Below, piece by piece: positions 26,058 to 35,069 of a DNA stretch of 64,000 nt (positions are counted from its first letter, which is position 1; each line of letters starts with the position of its first letter). Source of the stretch: Negaprion brevirostris (taxonomy: Eukaryota). The translations under genes were made by a program, and so were the position numbers. The stretch is from NCBI GenBank assembly GCA_030324005.1, contig JARDVH010000110.1, forward strand, positions 37,512,122 through 37,576,121, given 5' to 3'. The notes beneath the pieces were generated by a model. That model saw nothing but the letters and a program-made list of their open reading frames with translations. It was not told the origin of the DNA and searched no databases.

Positions 26058-27549
26058 ATATTACTACAAAGTCATACTTTCAGATAGATGAAAATAATGA
26101 AAAACAAATAGTGAATCAAAAATCATTCAAATAATTTATTAGGAGAAATAAACTGAACAATTAAAATAAAACTGTTTTGCAAATATAAACAATAAGCAAA
26201 AATATATTCAATTTATATTTGAATACAAAATAAATAAGGCTTTTAATTCTAACATGATTTATGCGGTTGTTTTATGATAGTGATGCCCTCTTCAGCAAAG
26301 GCCATGGGATGCAGCCACAAAGCACCGCTGAAGTGTTTTTATCTTCCCACATATTGAACAAACCATGGCTAAAATAATCCTCTAAGGAATAAGTGTTTGG
26401 AAACTGTCCTGCTGATTGGTCCAATGGAAACACATCCGATCTCATGGGTCTGACAGGCATTACAATACTGAACAAAGCTGAAAGCAGGATAAATCTTCAC
26501 CTAATCTGTATTCAGCTTCTCTTTTCACAGACTGGAAAAAATATGTAGTAAACAATCCCACAAGCCACCAGCGCACAACCAGCTGATCAGGGGCTGGCGA
26601 GCTATTTCAGAGAAATGTAGTGCACAGAATCAGTTGCATAGGCACACTGCTAATATAGATCAGTAAAAATATCTCTCCTTACTGAAATAGTATCAAGACT
26701 CCAATGAAGCAAAGAAACAAACTAGAAGAAACAATAGGCCATTTGGCCCTTCGAGCCTGGTCCGCCCATTCATTATAATCATGGCTGATCATCAAATTCA
26801 ATANNNNNNNNNNNNNNNNNNNNNNNNNNNNNNNNNNNNNNNNNNNNNNNNNNNNNNNNNNNNNNNNNNNNNNNNNNNNNNNNNNNNNNNNNNNNNNNNN
26901 NNNNNNNNNNNNNNNNNNNNNNNNNNNNNNNNNNNNNNNNNNNNNNNNNNNNNNNNNNNNNNNNNNNNNNNNNNNNNNNNNNNNNNNNNNNNNNNNNNNN
27001 NNNNNNNNNNNNNNNNNNNNNNNNNNNNNNNNNNNNNNNNNNNNNNNNNNNNNNNNNNNNNNNNNNNNNNNNNNNNNNNNNNNNNNNNNNNNNNNNNNNN
27101 NNNNNNNNNNNNNNNNNNNNNNNNNNNNNNNNNNNNNNNNNNNNNNNNNNNNNNNNNNNNNNNNNNNNNNNNNNNNNNNNNNNNNNNNNNNNNNNNNNNN
27201 NNNNNNNNNNNNNNNNNNNNNNNNNNNNNNNNNNNNNNNNNNNNNNNNNNNNNNNNNNNNNNNNNNNNNNNNNNNNNNNNNNNNNNNNNNNNNNNNNNNN
27301 NNNNNNNNNNNNNNNNNNNNNNNNNNNNNNNNNNNNNNNNNNNNNNNNNNNNNNNNNNNNNNNNNNNNNNNNNNNNNNNNNNNNNNNNNNNNNNNNNNNN
27401 NNNNNNNNNNNNNNNNNNNNNNNNNNNNNNNNNNNNNNNNNNNNNNNNNNNNNNNNNNNNNNNNNNNNNNNNNNNNNNNNNNNNNNNNNNNNNNNNNNNN
27501 NNNNNNNNNNNNNNNNNNNNNNNNNNNNNNNNNNNNNNNNNNNNNNNNN

Positions 27550-29550
27550 GAACAAGAGGGCAGTGAGAGAAAGAGATGGTCCACTTAAGGACAAAGGAGG
27601 GAAATTATGCATAGAACCAAAGGAAGTGGGTGAGATCCTTAATGAGTACTTTGCATCGGTATTCACAAAGGAGGGACACATTGATCGATGGTGCCTTGGA
27701 GGGGTATGTAAACCCTCCAGAGCACATTATCATTAAAGGGAGGAAGTGTCTAGGTGCATTAAGATAGGCAAATTCCCAGGGCCAGATGGCATCTATTCCA
27801 GATTACGGAGCGAGATGAGGGGAAATTGCTGGGGCCTCTAACAGAAATCTTTGTTTCCTCATTGGCCACAGGTAAGGTCCCAGAGGATATCCAATGTTAT
27901 CCAAGAATGGTAGCAATGATAACCTGGGTAATTATAGGCCAGTGAGCTTGATGTCAGTGAAATTTTTAGAGAAGATTCTTAGTGAAAGGATCTGTACACA
28001 TTTGAAACTGAATGATCTTATTAGCAACAGACAGCTTAGTTTTGTATGAGGAAGGCTACATTTCACTAATTTGATTGAGATTTTTGAGGAGATTACAAAA
28101 ATGATTGATGAGGTAAGGGCCTTGGAAGTTGTCTACATGGACTTTACTAAAACATTTGACAAGATTCCTCACAGCAGGTTGGTGCAAAAGGTTAAATCAC
28201 ATGGGGTCAAGGGTGAACTAGCTAGATAGATTTGGAATTGGCTTGGACATAGAAAACGAGGTAGTACTGGAAAGGTGTTTTTCCAAAATGGAGGACTGTA
28301 ACTAGTGGTGTTCCAGAGATCAGTGGTGGAACCTCTTGACTTGGAAGAAAATGTAGCTGGTCTGATTAGCTTGTGGATGATACCAAGATTGCTGGAGTTG
28401 TGGATAGTGATGAAGATTATCAGAGAATACAGCAGGATATAGATGGTCTGGAAAATGACAAATGGCACATGGACTTTAACCTGGACAAATGTGAGGTGAT
28501 TCATTTTAGAAGAGCCATTTTAGGTGGGATCTATAAAAAATAAATGGTAGAACCATCAGGAGAATAGACATAGGAAGATCTGGGAATACATGTCCACAGA
28601 TCCTTAAAAGCAGCAGCACAGGTGGAAAAGGTGGTGAAGAAAGCACGTGGTGTGCTTGCCTTCACCAGCCAGGGCATCAAGTATAAAAATTATTTAAAAA
28701 CATTACTGGAGGCCACATTTGGTCTCTACATGAAGGGAGTACAAAAAGGTTAATCAGGAGGTTGCTTAGAATGGAGGGTGTTAGCTATGACGGGAGATTA
28801 ATTAAACTAGGATTGTTCTCCCTGGAAAGATGGAGGCTGGGGGCCACCTGAAAGAAGTTTATAAAATTGAGGAGCATAGATAAGGTGAACAGTTGGAAGC
28901 TTTTTCCCCCCAAAAATGACAATTACAAGGGTGAACAGGTTCAAGTTGGGAGTGGGGGGAAGCTTCAGTAGAGATATGCAAGCAATGTATTTTATAGAGG
29001 ATGATGGGGGCCTGGCATGCACTACCAAGTGAGGTGGTTGAGGCAGACATTATCCAGATAAATCTTAAATGTTGCTAGACACATGAACAGGTTGGGAGTA
29101 GAGGGATACAGGCAGTTGGTCTGTATAGGACAATGTGATCAGTGTAGGCTTGGTGAACTGAAGGCCTTGTTCCTGTGCTGCACTGTTCTTTGTTCTTTAT
29201 TCCTATGAGGATAGCTTGGAGCATTTGTGGCTGTTTTCCTTGGAGGGAAAAAAAATGGCTGAGGAGGATCTTGAATATTTCAAGTCTAAGTTGTGAGAAA
29301 TGGCACAGGTTCAAAATAATTGGCAAAAAAGTGATTGATGGAAAAACATTTTCACCTACAGGATGGTTGGAGGCTGGATGAAACTTCCCAACAGGAGGTA
29401 GGTTTGATTGAGATATTCAAAAGAGAATTGGATTGCTCTGAAAAGAATAAATGTGCAAAGTTACAGGATGAGAAGGGGGAGTAAGGCCAAGTAGAATTCA
29501 GTTCAGACTGTAAGGGCTAAATAGCCTGCTGCATGTAAAAGATTCTGTGA
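27550..29550 (+). mobile_element. CR1 LINE ORF2 (RT) decayed, with 3' tails
   Basis: Includes NYRPVSL, VYMDFTKTFDKIPH and WHMDFNLDKCEVIHF motifs, with multiple frameshifts. Confidence 0.9.
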
Positions 29551-29669
29551 ATTAGCACCTGTTCTATTCATTTTGCAATGCTTCTGTTTTGAATCTCAAA
29601 TGGACATGTAGCCTGGATGAGTGCAGGAGTTGTGTCATTAATCGGAGTGTTCCTTGTGGTAATATGTGT

Positions 29670-29850
29670 AGTATGAAGTCTCATAACACCAGGTTAAAGT
29701 CCAAACAGGTTTTTTGATATCAAATCTTTTGAAGCACTTCATTTTGGAACAGCACTCAAAGCTCGTGATACCAAAAAACCTGCTGGACTTTAACTTGGTG
29801 TTGTAAGACTTCTTACTATGCTCAGCCCAGTCCAACACCGGTATCTCCAT
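29670..29850. mobile_element. Inverted pair of Penelope-type terminal repeats
   Basis: Arms 29670-29722 and 29766-29817 are reverse complements, and both are homologous to 22360-22415. Confidence 0.75.
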
Positions 29851-29944
29851 ATCATGGGTGACAATGTATAAAAGGGCTTTTACATTCCATTTTCCCTTTG
29901 ATAAAATTGCTTCACATTTGTTTTTCATTAAATAAACAAAATGA

Positions 29945-30778
29945 GATTGTTTATTTTATAAAATATTTATTTGCAACATTGGCAATCTCTTACACTTTAA
30001 CAAAAGCATAATCATAGCACTGCAGTAGATGAAGGTAGCAATTACATGTACTTTGCATCCACTACAGGAAGCTTGCACTGTTCATATAAATGTAAGATAC
30101 TATGTTAGAGCAAGACCAGCATGCCCATACAAAATACAAAAATGGTTCAATTGAACAGTGCAAAAATGTGTAAACATGTAACAATACTGAACATCAGTAA
30201 AATAAATATCACAAAAACTTTTAAACTCCATTTTAACCTAGTAAACACTTGCAGCCAAACATGTTAATAATGTAGTGTATCTGATGCCTCAATTCATTAC
30301 TGTCTTTGTCACCCTGATGAAAAGTCTACACGCATTTCATGCTCTTCATTTCCTTTCCTTGGTTCTTCCCTGACCCACCCACCCCCATGCACTTTGCACT
30401 TTTTGTACCATCACCACATGCTTTCAAGTTTCCTCATCCATACCCATGAATATCTACTTCTAGTAGTGGAACAGTGATATCAGTAAAGAAAGACAATGTG
30501 AAAAGTATGCAAGTGTGAAATTCCATTGTGTACTCTCTGCTTACCGAACTGCACACTTCAGCATACAATTCATTAATAGGCATTGTGCATACACAATGTT
30601 CCAAATCCCTCAGAATAATTAGTGAAATTAACATTCATTGTAGGAAACTGTAGCAACTTGTGAATGAGAATATTTAGAGAAATACTTCCATTGCAGGCTT
30701 AGTAGCACCTATTAAGTCTTAATAGATCACTAGTCAGAAAACAGTCACCACAAAAATTGCCCTTAGTTTGGCACTTGA
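29945..30778 (-). other. 3' UTR of the DDIT4L-like gene
   Basis: Repeat-free AU-rich stretch after the stop codon, with an ATTTA motif near 30205, several miRNA seed matches, and two terminal AATAAA signals. Confidence 0.7.
29950..29971 (-). terminator. Polyadenylation signals (AATAAA x2) of the DDIT4L-like gene
   Basis: Plus-strand tttatt at 29950-29955 and 29966-29971, with a U/GU-rich tract downstream on the minus strand. Confidence 0.65.
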
Positions 30779-31266
30779 TCAGCATTCTTCAACAATTGGT
30801 CCTACAGAAGAATACAACTTTCTTTTGACCAATCTAAAACCTGGACTAAGTTTCAGTACCCTTCTTGATGCATGTGTGAAGCAAGCCCCTATGGAGAAGA
30901 AATCACTTAGACTGGGCCAGCTGTTGTTATCCTGTTTAAAAACAAGTGTCAGTTCAAAGGTAGGAATGACACTGCTGTCATACACGATTTTGCCCAACTT
31001 CTTACTTGTGCTCTCATGCTCAAGGTTAACATAGATCACTGCACCACGCAGTCCACAAGGTTCACTGGCAGCCATTCGAAGTACATCTCGGGCTATTCTC
31101 CTACTCATGTACTGGGGGATCAAGAGCTCCTGGCAATGTAGCTGGGATTTCTTTGAGGTAGACAGGCAGTGCTCTATCTGTTTAGCTAGATGTTGGCACG
31201 TCCTTTCTTCTAAGAATTCCTCCAGAAAAATAAAGTCATTGCCAGATTGATTCAAGAAATAGGTAT
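30779..31266 (-). CDS. DDIT4L: DDIT4/REDD-family gene (DDIT4L-like), last coding exon with the RTP801_C domain
   Basis: Acceptor ttctttcttttcag|AT. Encodes hallmark motifs RIARDVLRMAASEPCGLRGA, DSSVIPTFELTLVFKQ and LSPGFRLVKRKLYSS, and ends IVEEC-stop. The spliced CDS is 711 nt, 236 aa. Confidence 0.96.
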
Positions 31267-32394
31267 CTGAAAAGAAAGAAGTGTGAACATTTTTTATATT
31301 TTTAGATAATGTGGATACAGGAATACATTAAAATTACAGAGACCTTATCTAAATGTTTCTAAGTAATAGGAGTTAGCTATTGATTGATGTTTTAGAATCA
31401 TATCATTCTTTATTGGGTTTGGCTGTAGAATGTGTGATACCAAGTTCAATGCAAAATAATTTTTTTTGAAATTGAACACATTTGATTGTTTAAAAACCAA
31501 ATATCCCAATGGAGCCAAGTCAGATTAATTTATTGCTGTTGTTGTAAAGCAATTATTACTTCACACCACCCCCTTATAGAAGGGTGCAATCATTATACAG
31601 TTACCAAGATGTCACATTCCAGATTACATTTTCTTCTTGCTAACCTAAAGACTGGGAGGAAAAAAGTTTACATTACCGCACACAAACTTTCCCCATCAGC
31701 CATTAGCGACACTGCAGTACTTAACAGGATATTAATGAATATTCCCAAACCCAAATAGCCATACATTTAACTAATCTCGAATTTATGGGTTAGTTGTCGT
31801 CCGCTATGGGCCATCTACTTAACTACATCGTAGTCTCTCTTTATCCCTTGAGTTTCTGGCCAAAACTACTAAAACGGAAGGAATAATTACCACCTCCCGA
31901 ACTGAAATGGTTCACATTAATTTTGCAATTTAGTTTTACAGCATTTTAGAATGGTATACTCATTGCTTGTGAGAGAGAGAAGCGGTTGACGTTCATTATT
32001 GTGTAATTGCTATACAACCCTTATTCTGAATTCTCGATTCTAGAATAGCCATAATGTAACTGATTAGTTTGGATTGGAATTCAGACGGAAGGTAGTTTTA
32101 TAGGGGAAAAAAAGACACGTTACTTCACAATAAGTTTTGTTCTAAGAAAATGCTTCTCTAAACGAAAACACGTAAGTGTGCTGTTGGAATGAAGAGCCCT
32201 ACAATTTAAGATTGTAGCAGTTCATTCAGTAGGATATGCCAATTGTTAATATGGCCTGATTTCGAAAAAAAAACTTAGATATAATAACTGACACTTAATG
32301 GTTCTTTACAAATTCTACCAAGGCTTTGATCGCTTAGTGTTGACTTGTTGCAATACAGACCCAAAATAAGGACCAAGCCGCACTATCAGCTCAC

Positions 32395-32617
32395 CTGCTC
32401 CGGGAACAAGGCTTTCATCGTCAATGTTATAGTGCCTCTCAAAAGGGCTTTCACCGTGGTTTATCTTCTTCGAACTTGTTACCGCTTCGCCTGCGAAGCT
32501 GTGGTGGAGGAGTTTCTTCATCAACTGGACCACACCATCCCCTTCATCGCCGGCAGGACTCGTCCTTTTACTGTAAGGACTTGTGCCCCCGAAAGTCTGA
32601 ACGTACATCATCACCAT
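32395..32617 (-). CDS. DDIT4L: DDIT4/REDD-family gene (DDIT4L-like), coding exon 1
   Basis: ATG at 32617 (GCAGTG ATG G). The 223 nt encode MVMMYVQTFGG...DDESLVPGA and end at a phase-1 donor CAG|gtgagc, matching the phase of the next exon. It lies in a CpG island. Confidence 0.85.
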
Positions 32618-32719
32618 CACTGCTCAGTGATGAGTGAGGGCCGCCCCCCCGTGTGTATGACCGACCAGCCGGCCAGTCTCTGCCTGTGTGTTTGTCCCCC
32701 CCAACTCCCCCAGGTCTGT

Positions 32720-32980
32720 GACAGTACCGAGTGCGGAGCCAGGCCAGCTGCGGCCACCGCTTTGTACTCGAACATTGCATCAGCTGTTAGCAGGGCACAT
32801 GATCTGATGTCAAAGGAGTGCAGGGCCGACCCCACCGCACTCATTGGCCGTCGCTCCAGAATTGATACAATGCGCAGCCAATGGGAGAATGGTTGCTATG
32901 TGCCTGGATGAGTCCTGGATACAGAGGAGGCGCTTCTGGAACTCCACCGCAGTATGAGGTGGAAGAGCCTAACGCTCCCT
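32720..32980 (-). promoter_or_regulatory. Proximal promoter of the DDIT4L-like gene
   Basis: CpG-rich. TATA-like TACAAAG near 32760-32766, CARE/AARE TGATGCAAT at 32774-32782, TGATGTCA at 32805-32812, CCAAT boxes at about 32843 and 32879, and TGATACAAT at 32863-32871. Confidence 0.7.
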
Positions 32981-33673
32981 TTTTTCCTGTTTAAACCAAT
33001 CAGCTAAGCCTGTATTCATTTTCAGTGCAATTTCGTGCTGGATCAGAGTCTCCTTTGTACATATGATTGAGATCCTGTTCTCTCCAATATGTTTTGTTTT
33101 GAAATTTGCATAATGTTGATTAATAAGGTCTGAAATATTAAAAATAGTTTAAAATTAATTGTGCCGTTTCAATCCTTAATAACCGTAGTTAGTCTGTCCT
33201 GACTTTGCATTGGTCATTTTAAAGGGGCACGTCTGTTGGGGGGGGAGGGGGGATCTTTTGGGTGGGTCGAACCAAGTAAACAAACTTAAATTACGTTGTG
33301 ACAAAGAAAAAGGGGGCAGCTCCCCAAAAGGAGGGGGAANNNNNNNNNNNNNNNNNNNNNNNNNNNNNNNNNNNNNNNNNNNNNNNNNNNNNNNNNNNNN
33401 NNNNNNNNNNNNNNNNNNNNNNNNNNNNNNNNNNNNNNNGTCGACCCAAGTAAACAAACTTAAATTCCGTTGGGACAACGAAAAAGGGGGCAGCTCCCCA
33501 AAAGGCGGGGGAACGGCCCGAACAGAGGCACGTCTGTTGGCAGGGTTGTGCCTGGCATACAAGGAGGACTGGTGCATGTGACACGTGCAGCTGCCATAGG
33601 TTGGTGGCAGCGGTAGGTTGAAGGTATTGGTGGAGAACAAAAACAGCAGATGGCAAAGGGAGCCCAATAGTGT

Positions 33674-33985
33674 GGGCAGCATGGTGGCACAGTGATTAGC
33701 ACTGCTGCCTCACAGTGCCAGGAACCCAGGTTCAATTCCCAGCTTGGATCACCAGTTGTGTTGAGTCTGCACATTCTCCTTATGTCTGCGTGGGTTTCCT
33801 CCAGGTACTCAGGTTTCATCCCATAGTCCAAAAGATCTGCCGGTTAGGTGCACTGGCCATGCTAAATCCTCCCCCAGTGTACCGAACAGGTGCCAGAGCA
33901 TGGCAACTACGGGATTTTTACAGTAACTTCATTGAAGTGTTAATATAAGCCTACTTGTAACACTATTAATTAAACTTTAAACTTT
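33674..33985 (+). mobile_element. V-SINE with alternative tail
   Basis: tRNA head and V-domain; tail cagtaacttcattgaagtgttaatataagcctacttgtaacac. Confidence 0.85.
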
Positions 33986-34013
33986 TAACAAGTTGCTGGA
34001 GAGATTGTTTCTG

Positions 34014-34350
34014 TGAATCACTGAATCATGGCATTGCGATAGTGCAGAAAGAGGCCATTTGGCCCAGTGAATCTGCACTGATCCAGCATCTTACCAAGGA
34101 CAATACCTTCCCTGACCCCACCTGATCCCTGCAACCCATAATCTACCCTACCTACACAGTTTGGGACACTAAGGGGCAACTTAGCATGGGCAATTTACCT
34201 AGCCTGCATATTGTTGGACTGTAGGGGATGACTGAGCACCCAGAGGAAACCCACACAGACTCGCCGAGAATGTGAAAACTCCACATAGTTACTCAAAGCT
34301 GGAATTGAACCTAGATCCCTGGTGCTGTGAGGCAGCAGTGCTAACCACTG
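34014..34350 (-). mobile_element. HE1/V-SINE
   Basis: Reverse-complement head at about 34300-34350 and CR1-type tail at about 34014-34080. Confidence 0.85.
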
Positions 34351-35069
34351 GAAGGATGAGATTCTTGGGAGTGGCGAGGATGGCAAGAGCAGGATGGGCT
34401 GTCCTGCAGTAGAGGGATAGTTTGAGTGGTGTAATTGAGGTGATGGGAATTGGGAAAGTGCGGCAAAATAGCGGGGACAATTATTTCATTCAGCTTATTA
34501 TTCAGAAGTTATTCCTTGTGCTAGAAATGAATGTTCACTAGATTTGGAAAATAATGTTTTAAAAAATCTGTTAGTTAATTATTAAAAGAATACATCAGTG
34601 TTGATTCTATAGATGAAAAAGATGGTGAAAGTCTATACCTTCCAGAGTTCCTACTCAGTTTAATTGAATTGACATGCCCTACATGAACTTAGACTCAAGG
34701 AAGCAGCCGTTGTATTGTTTCTACGAACCTTGAATCCTGAACAAGGACTTTGTCATGATACAAGATTAGTAGTTAGGAAGCTGTTTTCTTTAAAGATGAT
34801 TGACGCCTGTTATAATTTCAACAAATAACAGATTTCAGGAATTGATCTCATTCCTGGTTCCCAGTTAGGCTTTGATATTCTATGACGACAAATAAGTGAT
34901 GAGGCCAAATTCTCGACATTTGTATTCTTGACATTTGATTTTCCAAATGTTGATATCTATGTAGCCTTTTCCAGAGAGAGGGAATTTGATTTTGTTAAAG
35001 ATTTTAGCAAAACAGGAACTAGAAATTCTGATTTAAAGAAGTACTGTTATAATAAAGATACTAATCATG

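Noticed and set aside
26300-26385. FSHGLFNMWED..CGCIPWP as a PLAC8/cornifelin-like motif
   Set aside because: The cysteine pattern is incomplete and the rest of the domain is absent; probably chance.
32345-32911. 188-aa plus-strand ORF with a His run
   Set aside because: It is the antisense shadow of REDD exon 1 and promoter; the His run is the complement of ATG/GTG codons.
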